A stretch of DNA of 61,552 nt, the filler included, from Syncephalis fuscata S228 (lineage: Eukaryota > Fungi > Zoopagomycota): assembly GCA_025786725.1 (NCBI GenBank). It is 3 parts of 3 records of this genome, joined end to end, with 100 filler letters (N's around TTAATTAATTAA, not from the genome) between each part and the next. Parts side by side here need not be neighbours in the genome. Positions count along the whole stretch, not along the records: positions 1 to 25,991 come from JAHLTZ010000115.1; 2 more parts are not named here. One strand, 5' to 3'. Each line of letters opens with the position of its first letter. Position 1 is the first letter of the stretch. Position numbers and translations under genes: made by a program. Shown one piece after another: positions 10,900-24,984 of this stretch. The notes below the pieces were generated by a model that searched no databases, was not told the DNA's origin, and worked only from the letters and a program-made list of their open reading frames with translations.

Positions 10900-11623
10900 A
10901 TGGCCGCAAAAACGACTGCTTTCGCTGCTGGACTGTTGTGCACAGTTTTTGGATTAATCCGTGATACTTCAAAGGCCAACGTTCACTATTATCGCATAAC
11001 ACCTCAGTCTAATAATACATTATGACATACCGTTGTTTCCAATTACAATGGCATCTACACGACCAGTACTGTGCAATACCATACTTTTGATGTTGAAGTT
11101 GCCGCTCGTGGCGGAAGAGCTAGTGCTGGCGATGGATATATAAAAGTTTATCGTGATAATTGGCAACACGTTGGTAGCGCAATCATGGCGGGCAGAATGG
11201 CCTATTGCTTTTTAAATACGACGGATATGCTCGTACTTGCACTGGATACATATTCAATCTCTCTGGAAAACAAGACGGTTTACCATCTGATAGAGGAAAA
11301 ACGGGAAAAATCGCGGTGACATTGTTATTGTAGAAAAATATGACAAAGGAAACGGTAGACAAGTAACAGATAGCAGCAAATGGGCCGCGATTTTCACAGG
11401 CCCAGACGTTTCTAAATACATTGTGCAGTGCCCTCTGATACTATCCGGTCGGGGACTAACCAATAAGCCAAGTGACGGATGCTTTAAGGCCAAGTGCTTT
11501 TCATTACAGGATCTGGAAGTGAAATACTGCTTAGGTAGTCCTGATGCCACTAGTATTGCGGGCAGCAAAGCTGAGCTATATTACAAAGGCAAGAAGATAA
11601 TGGAAGCATTATTTAATGACTAA
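10900..11623 (+). pseudogene. Disrupted intronless ORF of unknown family, possible N-terminal signal or hydrophobic segment
   Basis: ATG 10900 (MAAKTTAFAAGLLCTVFGLI...), in-frame TGA at 11023-11025. The frame continues into ORF 11071-11319, then a frameshift near ~11300 leads into ORF 11423-11623. GC-richer than its flanks. Confidence 0.55.
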
Positions 11624-11881
11624 GTCTCTTGCTGTTCAATTCACTCAACACGAATGTTTATTCAATGTTAGTTAAAGTAATTGGTACATAGCAACTTTTT
11701 AGAGCGCTATTTTTTTGTACGAGTAACAATAATCATTATAATGATATTTAATATTTTATCTTATCAACTACGCCGTTTTGAAAAATAACAACTTAATAAG
11801 TCTTAACATTAACACTATAAACATATAATTTGACTACAATTTATTGCATCATGTTCACAAAGTAACAAATATACAATGTAG

Positions 11882-13888
11882 TTAGCAAGGTCTAGCATAT
11901 CCATGTTGCTTTTTGTGTTCAAATGGATCAGCCTCCTCAGAACTAATATCCGTTTCTTTGACCATCGCCACAGAACAAGTTCCTTCTAGATTCGATTCCA
12001 TCAGGCTTTTTATAGCGTTTACTGCATCTTTCATTACACGCGTCACCAAATCGACCGTGGTACTTTCGTGAATGACTATACGAAGAATTTTAGTGTTCTC
12101 GCAATTGGGAGCCAATGCATACGCAGGAATAATCCAGCCATGGTATCGCATTAAAGCAGAAAAACGATACTCTGTCAGTTGCTTGAATTCTTTCTTTAGT
12201 TTATCTGATATTTTGAATGCCACCAGCGGTAGTGCCGCTACATATCCTGAAGAATTATCCGCTGGTTTATGGATACAGGATATAACGTCAAAAAACCCAG
12301 TTTTCATCAATCCTGCAGACAGGAGACGTGCATTGCTCAAACACGTATTCATAACGTTGGTATATCCAACTCGGCCCAGTCGTAAGAAGTTGTAATATTG
12401 TGCCATTACAAAACAAGATGGTCGGGAGAAATTCAGTGTAAACGTGTGCTCAGTTCCTACAAAACAATAAATCAAATGAGCAATACTGTCTAATGGTATT
12501 CAGCAATACTTACCTCCAAGATAATGTAATTCAAAGACTAAATCTTTTGGTAATACATCTTGATTTCTCCATACAACCCATCCTATGCCCTGAAATAGTA
12601 TAATGTTAATTGAATAGGTGAATAAAAATGTAAATAGCTTACTGGATAGACGAGTCCGAATTTATGACCACTAGCATTGATGCTTACAACACGTGGCAAT
12701 TCAAAGCTCCAACGTAAATCAGGCGTTGCAAAGGGTGCCACAAAACCACCCGAAGCAGCATCAACGTGAACATGTACGTCAAGACCGGTACGTTCTTCAA
12801 GCTCATCCAGCAGTTTGCAAAGCTTTTCTATTGGTTCGTAATGACCAGTATAAGTAGAGCCAAGGATAGCCTTGTTAATATCTAGTTAGCAAATACTATA
12901 GCATAAGATTAAAGCAGGCTTTGTTACTTACAAAAATACCTATGGTATTTTCATCAACCATGCTTACGGCCTTTTCGGCATCTAAGCAATAGTTGCTCTC
13001 TTCTGATACTGATACACGTCGTGGCTCAACATCAAAATACCGAGCAAACTTTTCCATAACTACCTAAAATAGTTGTAATCAATTAATGTTAATTAATTTA
13101 TAGTAATTATTAGTAAAACCTATTACCTGAGCATTATATCCGAAAATAATATTTGGTTTACTCGTATCTTTATTTTTAGCTTGTTGTTTCTTGCGCCATA
13201 TCCATTTCAATGCTAGACCGGCGAGCATAACACCTTCTGAAGAACCGGCCACTGCAGTACCGATTGCTTTCTGATCGTTATCGGTGGGCCCTTTCCACAA
13301 ATCGGCCAAAATAGATACACAGCGCTCATGAATGTCTTGAGTCACTGGATATTCGTCCTAACACAGTTGATAGGACATATATAATTTATTATTTAACGAA
13401 TAAACCAAAAATGTATTTATAACTAGACATACCATATCGGCAAAATTCTTGGAAATTGAATCCATAATTAGTTTCTCACATTCTGGTTCCATCCATGTCG
13501 ATACTAAACAAAAGTGTGTCAATAACCAATCAATAATCCAGCTATAGCCTAGTTACTTACAAAATGTGGCAAAATTCTATTTCCAATCTATTAATACTAC
13601 TATTGCTTATTTGCATAATGATGGTAACTTACGGCAACTGGACGGCCATCCAACTCAAGTTCGTCATGGATAGCTCGGTAGGCAACAGTGGGAGCAAGGC
13701 CATTTTGACTTAATTCATACTAAGTATATTAAATGGCATTAAATACTTGAATAGGCAAATGCTGCACCTACCTTTGGAATATTCTGATCAAAATAGCGCG
13801 CGGCATAGGCCATTGGCTGAAGATGTGTATGGGTGTTTAGCGATACCTTTGGTTTTTTACCATGTTTGCTAATATGTTTATGCAGCAT
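11882..13888 (-). CDS. GAD1: Glutamate decarboxylase (PLP-dependent), multi-exon
   Basis: [83 protein letters not shown] motifs. Confidence 0.95.
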
Positions 13889-14211
13889 TTTGAATGTTTA
13901 CACTATTGAGCTAACAAAGAAAACAGTAATTGAAAGTGGCAATGGAGTAGCAAGTTGGTTGATATGCTATTAAGCAAGCTATTTATTAAAGACTGCTGAA
14001 ACTAATGATACCATGATGACTTAAAGGTATGAAACCGAAACTGACTGTGTAATCGCAATGACTAGTATATTGCTCAATCTGATGTCACACCATTTATAGC
14101 CAATATCAGTTATATAAATAGACACACACACATATGCATATGCCATATTATCAGTAGTTATTCTTAATTTAATATAGAAAAAAACAACATTGCGAAATAA
14201 CTGAATAAACA

Positions 14212-17200
14212 TTAAATCATCGCTGATGCTAATCGTTGATGATCCTCGGTTTTAACCACATTAAAGTAGTCGTTCAATTTGGATGACAATGCACGATGTA
14301 GTTGGGCCAGTGAAGATGCATCCTCGCCAAACATGGCTATTTCAAGTTCTTCATCCTCGCCGAGTAGGTTACTTGTAGACTGCCCCGTTGAATCCTCGAG
14401 TGCCTTGACCAATGTATCCAGTAGTGAATAGGGCAGCCAGTGCAACGAGGTAGTTACCGGCTTGTTATCCGAAGCATTGATTTCCTAACAGAACTACTAG
14501 TAAGCTATCAATTTATCAGCATGCTTTAGTAACATTACCTTTTCAATTTGAAGTAACGCTTGCTTGCCAGCCTCTTCAATCAAATTATGTTTTAAATAGA
14601 TGCGAATAAGATCTTCAGGATTATGTTTCTACAAATACTATTAATAAACTACACTAATTTGCATAGCAATCCAAACAATTACCGTGTAAAAGTGCACAAG
14701 CCAGGCAGGAATCTTGGCATGTCTATTAAGTTTAAGTGTTTCTTCGAGTACAAGCGCACGATATTGATACTGTGTATTGCTGCTGTCATATCGTTCTAAT
14801 AGCTGTTCAAGCAGTCTCCATGCCCGCGACGAAGGCGGTCCTTCCATCGTCTCGGTACATGATGCGTCGTTATCGGTGCTAATGTCAAAGATACGATCTT
14901 GTACATTGTAGGCCCAAGGTCTAGTATAATTATTACAATATTAATCATATAGTTCATCCACTAGTTACTTCAACCTACTTTCCCTCCAAATCCTCTTGTG
15001 CCAATCGAACACACTTTCTAACCATGCTAATAAATATCGGTGACAGATCCAATGAAAATACTTTTGACAAAGCAAATGCATGTCCATACTGTCCACGTTG
15101 ATTAAATAAATTAACTGCGTCTGCTGGTTTAATAGCCCACACTGTTACAAATCATCAGCAATGTTGTTATATAACTAAAACTACTATAATCATACAACTT
15201 ACTTGTCTTGGCAATTTCTGGGTATGATCTTATTAACTGAAGACGAGCCAATGCTAATCCATATTCTCGTTTCATATCATCAATATCGATCATCAATGTG
15301 CTAGTTGTAGTGCCTATATCATTGCGATTAGACGCTTGATTCATAGCTATATGATTTCGTCTAATGCTCACCCTCAATATCGCCTTCTTGTAATCGAATA
15401 CGACGGCGTTTACGTGTCTAATCATTCATAATGCTATAGATCAATAAAATTAACAATATAACAATAACTTACCATATTTGCACTGTCATTGCCCTTTTCA
15501 TTATTATTATTATTGTTGTTATTATTATTATTATTATGTAAGTCATCATCCACATCGTCAACCAGTATCCATGCATGTGCCCCATCAACTAAATGTAATG
15601 CATTCATGGCAGCTAAATAGCTACGTGCTTGATTGGCAATAACATCAACGTGAAATGTCGATGGCATTACTCGACCGAGTCCTTGGGCATTATTATACAT
15701 GGCACGAGCCGCTAATATACAAATAAATAAGTATAGCCATGATTATTTAGTTATCAGTGCTACTTACCATGACGGAAGTTGCCTCGATGTACGTGATATG
15801 CATAGAGTACACGATAGTAATTAGGTGTAGAAAGTACACCACATGTCCGTGCTCTAAATTCTAATGTGGTCTCAACTTCTGATTGAAGTGCACCAAAAGC
15901 ATATCCACACAATTTGCCTATTTGTTGATGATCACATAGTTTAATAATAAATTGGCTTAGACAAGTAGTTTGTCTATTCATATACATTAACAAATCATTA
16001 ATACGTCTATTTAATATTAATCATTTACTTACTTTGTTGAATCTGGATTCTCCATCATAGCCATAAATGCATCATCATATTGATGGAGTGCCAAATGGCA
16101 TTTAAATAATTGAGAGTATAATTGAGCCGATAACTGTTGATTCTATATCCACAACTAATTAGTTAACTAACTAACTAACTAACTAGCTAACTAACTACTA
16201 ATTATTAATTATTATTACTTACCTCATTGGATGAAGATGCTAAACGGAATTTCAATGCTAAGCGATAAAAATCAGCTGCAAATTCATAATGGGCCTTTTT
16301 CTCAAATAGATCTGCTACATAGGCATAATAGCCATCAATGGCGGTATAGGCCGTAGCAGTAGCACTTGATCCAAATAGAGCTGTGGCACTTGATGGCTCT
16401 ACCAATACTGAATTAAACAACGCTAAACTAGCATTTGTATCCAATGCCGGCGTTTCTATTATAGATATCAGAAATTAATCCACTAACAATAACAAATAAT
16501 AAAATATGCTTACCTAATTGAGCACCGGCTTTTGTAAAGTTATCACTAGCTTTTTCGTATTCGTTATGGCGTAGATGAATGGTGCCGCGTAAATGACATA
16601 CAATGGGTGTCGATGATAGTAGCTGCAAACTTTGATAACTAATATGAGATTGATCAAGTGATAGTAAATGGGCGGCTAGCTTAGTCGCTTCCAATTCATT
16701 CTCATCTTCTATCATGGTAGTCGTCTGTGTTGAATCAATCGTGCCTGGTAAACATGATTGAATATGTTCTGCACCCAATACAACAACTTCTGATAAAGAG
16801 TCGCTCATTATTTGAACCGAGTAGAATGACCGTATTAGCGAATGGATAACACTATGATAGTAATAGCGATCGGCTACTTGAATAGAAGCATCGGTGACAT
16901 CCGATACTTGCAATTTTGTAAAATATTTAATAAAGTCATCTTCTTTAAATACATTACCGGTTGTTCCTATGGTCGATTTAGTGCCTTGACCAATGGTTTT
17001 GCGATTAAATGAACTGCTAACTTGAGATGCACTTGATACGTCACATAGTCGTTTAAGCATAATGCAGTAGCGTACTGTTTGTACACATCGGGCAACCAGT
17101 GTTGATTCTAGTCGTGGCACCTTCTTTAATGCCGGGTCTAGTAAACAGAATAGCACAAGTATAACAAGTCGAATTGATAGTTGATGGGCCGTATTAATGC

Positions 17201-19696
17201 GTTGTACTAATGCAGCAACCACTGTCGATTCAACAAGACGAGATGCACGCTGTGACGGTAGAATATCCATACCCGATGGTAATGGGCCTTGAATAACGCG
17301 TAGTAGCTGTTCAATAGCCTTGGGTAACTGATGACAGCCGCGAATAAGACCGAATAAACGGTATTGGCAATGAGAAGATAGTCGTTCACGGGTCATCTCA
17401 TAGATATCAAAGCCTGACATGTCAAGTGGTTCATTGGTAGCTGTAATGAGCATTACACGCAGTTCTTCTTCTACATAGCGTAGCATTTCATCGCCCATAT
17501 CTTCTTGGAGTGACATGATAGCCTCGAGTAGACTTGTCACATCTTCTCGGCCAGTTTGTTCGATCATTGAAGGGAAATGCTCTTTAAATGTGTCTGCTGG
17601 CAGAAATGATAATGCGGCCAGATCGTATTGCTCATCGACATGATGCCATAGCAGTTCAAGTTCACTGCATCGACGTATAAAGGAAAGTGCTCGTTTACGT
17701 AGTGTACAGACCATACCTAAGGATGAATCAACAAATAGACCCATAGGTTGTCGCGTAGCTTCACGTAATTGTAAACAAATAGTTAAAAAGCGGTACCATT
17801 CCTTCTTTACTGTCTCGGAGAATTCATCGAGTAGTAAGGCACCGGTTGGCTCGTAGACTGGTAGTGTTAGACGACGAGATATGGCATTAGTTACACGCTC
17901 TACCAATAGTGCCTCATTGACTGGCTGATTATCTTTACGATCCAATGATGTACGATCTGCTGATCGGCTTTCATATCGGTCAAGTGCCTTTTCAATAATA
18001 GCATAGGAGAATCGATTTGGGAAGAAAATATGCTGTAAATATAGCTGAGAAACAGCTTCAGGCTGCGCTTCAACCATTGAATTAAGTTGATTTAGATCGA
18101 ATAAATCAGGCAACTCAGTAGCTACTGAGAACCATCGGTCGCCGTATAGTCCACGATAAATAGACGATATTTTGGTATCAGTTTGTACACTTGTGATAAG
18201 TGTGGTTGAGTCGGTCATTTGCTGGTCATCCTTTTCGGTCATTTCGTATTCCACTTCATGTGTAGTGCTGGTTATTGTTGGTAGAGCAAGAAAGGTAAAT
18301 CGAATATCAACTTGTTGTTGCTGTTGTTGCCACAATGTCCATAGTCGCAATATATGGCTTGCTGTCTGGCTACTTGAATCCATAATATACTCACAAGCAA
18401 TATCTAATAGACCAAATGTATCGCCACCGCCATTGGCTACTGAAAATGTCCAAGGCGATGGATGCGTGTAAACCTTACAGAGTTGATCCAAATGACCTGA
18501 TTGATCCAGTTGGCCTCTTAGTACAGTGAATACTTGTTCATGATCATTAGGAACATAGGCCAGTAAATGGAATGTTGGTGAGTTAATATCAGAAGCAAAT
18601 GGCACATCATCCAATAGCCAGATACAGCGACGTGGTTGATCTGGTAGTAAAGAAGGCGTAGCTGTAGCGGCAATTCGATGATTTTCTAATTGATTTGGGT
18701 CATGTTGTAAAAGTGGTTTGGACCAAATGCATTTACGACGTGTCAATGACCAGGCCCTTAAATAGCCATCTCGACATATACCAAAGATGAAGGTATCACG
18801 ATCAAATGTATAAGTAGTCATACTAACTACTTGTTCAGGTGTTGAAGATGCCTCATAAACCGGCATGCCATCCATATTATCTGATGATGACACGCCTGAT
18901 GTTCCTCGTTTAAAGGCATGTGATATCATACGTGCTGGTGCTACTAGCATTTGTGCTAATAAAGATTCAGGATTAAATATTGTCTCCACCACTAGTTAAA
19001 TACACAGATTAATTAATTAACTAAGCATTACTATTTAATTTACTTACCGCCCTGATTTGTAAATCCATTAGCATCAATTGAACGTGGTTTTAAACTTTTT
19101 GGTAATTCAATTGAAAATAGTGATCCGTCAGTACAGGCAACAACGATTGTATTGGCATTAATACTCTTCATCATTACTGGTGCACATTCGCCGGTTAGCG
19201 ATTGCATACGGTAGATACAGATATCCACTGCATCAAGAGATTGTATTTGAAATAGCTGTGGCTGGTGGAAACTTAATCGAACTACTGTGCCGGTTACTAG
19301 CAGTAATAGACAGTGTAAACGACGCGTTGTTATATCTTCAAACCAACTAACACTAGGCAGAATAGCCGATGGAAATCGAAAACGAATTGGTGCTGTCGCT
19401 TGTGTCGTATCACCGCCTGATGGCAGTTCAGCGGCACTACGTTCATGGCCTAGCAATAATCGACTAACCTCAAGTACTTGGTTATTCTGGATGACACGCC
19501 ATTCAACACAAGTGTCATGTTCAGCCTCCAATTTATAGAGTGAGCCAGCTAGCGGCGGCGCCGAACGGGTCTGATAAAGAAACGGCGGCTGTGGTTCATA
19601 GTCAAACACGGCTTGTTCTACAATAGTCCCGTCGTTAGGCCGATACGTTGTTGACGGCACCAGCGTCTCTTTAAACCATAGATCTTTTGTCGACAT
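14212..19696 (-). CDS. NUP160: Nucleoporin Nup160/Nup120, multi-exon
   Basis: N-terminal FKET motif, beta-propeller segments (ICRDGYLRAWSL), helical C-terminus with NYYRVLYAYHVHRGNFR..A..MY and WLPYSLLD; size fits Nup160. Confidence 0.85.
16161..16198. repeat. (TAAC)n microsatellite in a Nup160 intron
   Basis: agttaactaactaactaactaactagctaactaactac. Confidence 0.8.
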
Positions 19697-20253
19697 CAAT
19701 ATAGGTGCTGTGTATAGAGTAGTAGTAGCAGTAGTAGCAGTAGTAGGTCAGGTTGATTGACTGTACAATCACGGCAACACTAGCAACAAGCTGTGCTATC
19801 AACAAACTATCGACTAATCGGTCAATAGGTAGGCTATTGTACGGATCGTGTCAATAACCAACAAACAAAAAGACCAAACGAATACCCACTTTAATAGTCA
19901 GTAAAACCAAAGCTGCTTTAAAACAATAATAACAATGATAACAACAACTTCATTAAAGCGCGCCCGATCTAAAACTTCAAAAATCAAAAACTGGATCATT
20001 TTCTCTCAATGTCTGTGACGGTGGTTCCTTTAGCGACCTTACTAGACACCAAGTGTTCAAACGCTATTCGGTCTATTTCCCTCATCTTTTTTTACGCAAA
20101 GCATTGTCTCGTTTACCAACCATTGTTGTTATTGTTGTTGTCTTATTGTTGTTGTTGTTGTTGCCGGCCCTATCGCTCCATTTACCTCTTAGTCTCTTAC
20201 TGCCACCAAACACTTATCATTTCTAGTGACCACTTCTTTCTTCATTGTTTACC

Positions 20254-21502
20254 ATGTCTATCATTTATGCTCTTGTAGCCCGTAGTGCTACTATTCTGGC
20301 CGAACACACTTCATCCAGCGGCAATTTTACTACTGGTACACATTTGCTGTCAATATTGACACTGCACACTATATAGATAGATTACTTATAGCTATTCTTT
20401 ACTTTTGTAGTGACGCAACATATTCTCGAAAAGATTCCCGATGAGGATTCTAAGCTAACTTACGTCTATGATCGGTAAGATTCTTGGCAAAACCAACGAG
20501 TATATATATAGTCATAATAACTGTTTGTTGTTGCCACTAGTTATTTGTTCCATCATATTAGTCAGGATGGCATTGTATATATGTGTATGGCCGACGATGC
20601 CTTTGGTAAGTCTATACAAGCATATAAGGGGCGAGTAACAGACTGATACCGCTATAATGGTAACATAGGCCGCCGTATTCCATTCGCCTTTCTCGAAGAC
20701 TTGAAAACAAGATTTACCGCCCTGTATAATACTAAACAGATAGATTCGGCTATTGCCTATGGCATGAATGAATTCTCTAAAACTATTGCTGAGAGAATGG
20801 TAAGTCTTGTCCCATTGATAGAATCTAAGATCATCTTGGATCAGATGACTCGAGGCTTGGAGTGATACTAATAAATGATACGTGTGTGTGTATTAATTAG
20901 GACTTTTATTCCAATAGCCCGAATGCCGATCAATTCCGTCAATTGCAAGGTAACATCAATCAAGTCAAGGATGTAATGGTGCAGAATATTGGTAGGCTAT
21001 TTGTATATCTATATAGTATAGTCTAACAGGTCATTTAAATAGAACGTGTATTGGAACGAGGAGAGCGAATTGATTTGCTGGTCGATCGTACAGATCAACT
21101 CAATCAAGCAGCCTTTACATTCCGTAAAAGAAGTACTGCATTAAAGGTAAATAGGATTAATAAAATATTAGTTAATATTAATTAATATTTAATTTATTTG
21201 ATTAATTGAACAGAGGGCCATGTGGTGGAAGAATGCAAAATTAATGATGATGCTTGCATTAGTTATTATTGTAAGTGTTGAGTATATAAATTACTAATGA
21301 TGGTCACTAAGTTATTAATATTATTAATATTGCTATTTATTGCTATGCCTAGTTTTGCATTTATTTCATAGTGAGTGCGGCATGTGGATTTCCAGGTAAT
21401 TAACACTGAGTTATGACAATGCATAGCTATACTATGCATGTCCTATAGAATACACGATATTAACCATTTTATAACATTCTAGGCTGGCAAGAATGCGTTT
21501 AA
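20254..21502 (+). CDS. VAMP7: Longin R-SNARE VAMP7/Nyv1-like, multi-exon
   Basis: MSIIYALVARSATILAEHT..SGNF, KLTYVYD, RRIPFAFLED, VKDVMVQNIERVLERGERIDLLVDRT, MWWKN, then a TM helix and CGFPGWQECV*. Confidence 0.93.
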
Positions 21503-21933
21503 GTAGCTCATAATGCGAACAATTATAATGACGATTACTTTCTCTTTATTCTAATTGTTATTACTTTGATTGTGGCTATTATGGCCGATTATCGATAATA
21601 CTAGTGTTATTTTTATACCAATAATCTATAATATGTTACATCATTTGTATATGTTTACATGTTTTGGATATACATATATATATGTGTGTGTGTGTTTAAA
21701 TGATAATACACGTTTGTTTAGTGTAAATAGTCGTATTATGTAAAAATGAATTGCGCTTCATTGGCGCAAGTATAAAAGCAAAATACATCGTGACGACGAA
21801 TTGCAATCAAACAGCAGTTAATACATAGAATAACGATAACAATATATTATCAATTATTCCTATACTATTGCACTAATAGTGATCACAAATCAAAATGAAA
21901 TGATGTGGTACTGTTGTTATAAGGATGGGAGTA

Positions 21934-21961
21934 AGTGTGTGTGTGTGTGTGTGTGTGTGTG
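21934..21961. repeat. (GT)n microsatellite
   Basis: Run of gtgtgt... of ~14 units in the 3' region between VAMP7 and RCD1. Confidence 0.9.
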
Positions 21962-22045
21962 GATAGTAACTAAGTGAAGGGGAGAGGCAGATGATTAAAA
22001 AGATGGATGTGTAGGAGTGAATATTATAGTACTAGAACTAGTAAA

Positions 22046-23456
22046 TTAAGAAGCAGTCACCACATTATCTGACAAGTTCACTAGTAGTTGGGCCAAGCAT
22101 CGCTTTGTTGGTCCATCGTCTTTAAGTGCTTCCGAGAAACTGGCATCTCTCAATGCCTCAGGTAGACATTGGCGTAGTGCTTCACGGGCCCGTGGATTAT
22201 CGGATAGTCGTAAATAGCAGCGTATTATATGTTTTAGCAAACGGACAGCCTGTGTCTCCACAATAGCCATGACCATGTTGTTTAATACAGTAGTGACTGC
22301 ATAGAAACGTTCGTACGTTTGACAGATGTAGGAAAGGCCAACATCGTCCATAAGAATCTTTTGAATAATAAAAATAGCCACTGTTTTAGACAACTCGCTG
22401 CCTGTCTCCATAATTCTTAAGCAAAGCGGAATAATCTCCGTTGAAAGCAAGAATTGGATCACTTCAGGATTATCGTTCTAGTAGATAATATAGCCGTTAA
22501 TATTAACTAGACTATTCACATAGATAGTCTACCTTAACCAAAGCACCAATGACCCCTAGACTTGTTAATCTTAAATATTCAAATGGTTTAGGCTTGTAGG
22601 TAGAGTTGAGGAATGGATAGAGATACAACGGAATATGTGCTATGGCAGTTGGTAAGTATAGTTCTATACAATACTAATTAACGGATGTCTACCATTTAAT
22701 AAAAGGCTACGGGTTTCATTGTGACTGGCTACACACTGCAGTAAAGCAAGTGCATTGCAGACACGATTGGATACGACGGTAGTGAAAGCATCTGGAGTAA
22801 GGACGGGATAAACGCTGGTAATTTCTTGTAGTAAAATGGCCATAACACCTAGTAGCATAGATGATAAGTAATAGTATAGAGATATTATGGAAACGTATTA
22901 GTATATAGTTACCATAAGCATGCCAGAGAATCAGGGCAAGATCGTCAAACTGTTCTCGCTTCTTTGAGAGTTCCAATAAGGCTTGTTCTCGTAGTGCAGG
23001 ATTGGCCAAGTCCAGAATTAGTTGGTAGATCTTTTCTTCGTCAGCTTGGGGAATGCGTACTTGATAAAGTCCGCCAAATCCATAGGCACCTGCATTGGCA
23101 GTGTTATTAGTATTGGCAGTAGCAGCAGTAGCAGCAGTAGCAGTAGCAGCGATATTGTTATTGTTGCCATTGTTGCTAGCTGCTGTAGCCGAGGTGCCAG
23201 CATTATTCATAGGACCAATATTAGTAGAACCCAAACTACTGGCATAGCTGAATGCATCAGTGCCTGTACCTCCTACACTAGGCTGTTGCTGTTGCTGCTG
23301 CTGCTGTTGTAGGCCGCGATAGTTAAGCGAATGGGCAGCGGTACCGCCAGGCAAATTGGCATTATTATTGCCACTGCCCGATAAAAGCGGATTAGATTGC
23401 AGTTGCAGAAACTGCTGTAGCTGGGAATTAGCCTGATGCAAGGAATGCATATTCAT
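22046..23456 (-). CDS. CNOT9: CCR4-NOT subunit Rcd1/Caf40/CNOT9 with low-complexity N-terminal extension
   Basis: [107 protein letters not shown]. Start codon uncertain. Confidence 0.95.
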
Positions 23457-24140
23457 AGTCAAGGAGAAGTGTAGATCTAAGAGTGGTATCAAACACGGCC
23501 AAGGCTGTGAATGCAAGCGTAGACAATAGAGAAAGGACCGTTGAAAGTAGGGCGGCTGAATTAGCCAATCGGGCCGTCAATATATTTGATGACCGATCGC
23601 TGTAAGAAGATAGCCAAATACGATGCCCAACGGAATGCTAAGCCACTGATCGTATGACAGGAGAGGAGACGGGAAAGACAGATAGTTGAAAACAAAAGGT
23701 ATAGAAACACGCTTACTAAGTTAAGTAGTTAAAGTAGACGGGAAGCAAGAGGAATAGTGCTATATTATGTAGTTGTGTGGACATGCAATATAGACATGTG
23801 AACAGAGCAACCACTACTGATAACTATTTGTAACAGTGGCCACTGTTTAACAGTCAGTGTTATTGTAACAACAACAGCACCTTTTCTACAAATCTATAGC
23901 AACTAGTAAAATATTTACAAGTTGTATATTCATTATTAATAAATATAAAAATAGACTAAAACACTACAAATAATCATCACTGGTATTTTCATCATATAGC
24001 TATGCATATGACGGTTTAGCATGAACTAATTATGACATTTTTCTTTACATAATACCAGTGTTGCTTATAGATATGACACAGAGCTTGATACAATAATATG
24101 CATGTCTTATACATGTTTAAAACCAATGTCTCAAGCTATC

Positions 24141-24148
24141 TATATAAA
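24141..24148 (+). promoter_or_regulatory. TATA box of the Hsp20 gene
   Basis: TATATAAA ~100 bp upstream of ATG 24243. Confidence 0.5.
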
Positions 24149-24242
24149 TAAGTGTTTATATACAGTTACAGTTCATTACACTTATTGATCTTATTTTTAT
24201 TGTAACTTTAAACGAACCAACAACAACAAACAACCAACCAAT

Positions 24243-24716
24243 ATGGCACTCTGGGCACGCGGTATGGGTCGGGATCCAATGGACTCGATGGACACAGCAC
24301 TTGGCCGGGCTTTCCACGACTTTTGGACCAACCCAAGCAGTATGATGCGTCGTGGCGCAGGCGATATGATGGGTGGCGACTCTGAAATGCGTAGCTGGTG
24401 TCCGGCCATCGATGTTTGCGACGAGCCTAACCGAATGGTGGTGCACGCCGAACTACCCGGTGTTAAGAAGCAGGATATTAAACTCGAGCTTCACGATGAT
24501 AATATCCAAATCTGTGGTGAAACAAAATACCAGGCCGAATACAATCGTGAAAATATGCAGTGCTCGGAACGACGCTACGGCAAATTCACTCGAACCATTC
24601 CATTGCCCAAGAACGTGGATGGCAACCATGCGAAGGCCAAATTCGAGGATGGCATTCTATGCCTCGAAATGCCTAAAAAGACGGAAGAGCATCCAAAAAA
24701 GATTGCCATCTCGTAA
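24243..24716 (+). CDS. Small heat-shock protein (Hsp20/alpha-crystallin domain), intronless
   Basis: WCPAIDVCD...VHAELPGVKKQDIK...SERRYGKFTRTIPLP...AKFEDGILCLEMPK. Confidence 0.95.
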   Translation: MALWARGMGRDPMDSMDTALGRAFHDFWTNPSSMMRRGAGDMMGGDSEMRSWCPAIDVCDEPNRMVVHAELPGVKKQDIKLELHDDNIQICGETKYQAEYNRENMQCSERRYGKFTRTIPLPKNVDGNHAKAKFEDGILCLEMPKKTEEHPKKIAIS

Positions 24717-24984
24717 TCATCTGATTTGATGCATTAGCAGTGTGTGCAAGCGTACATTATTGCCGATGGCTTGATGTTTGTAAATAAACGCGCACACGTG
24801 TAATAATTGATAATTGTAATTGTGTAATAACAAATATTTAAATGAAAATTTTAATTGAATTAATGTTATCACGTTTACTCCTCACCGATTCTTTCTTGCA
24901 ATATTATTTTTGGGTCACCATTTCTCTGTCTATCATAGCCTGTTGTACTATTGACGCACTGCAAGCTATTGCTACTAGGTGGTC

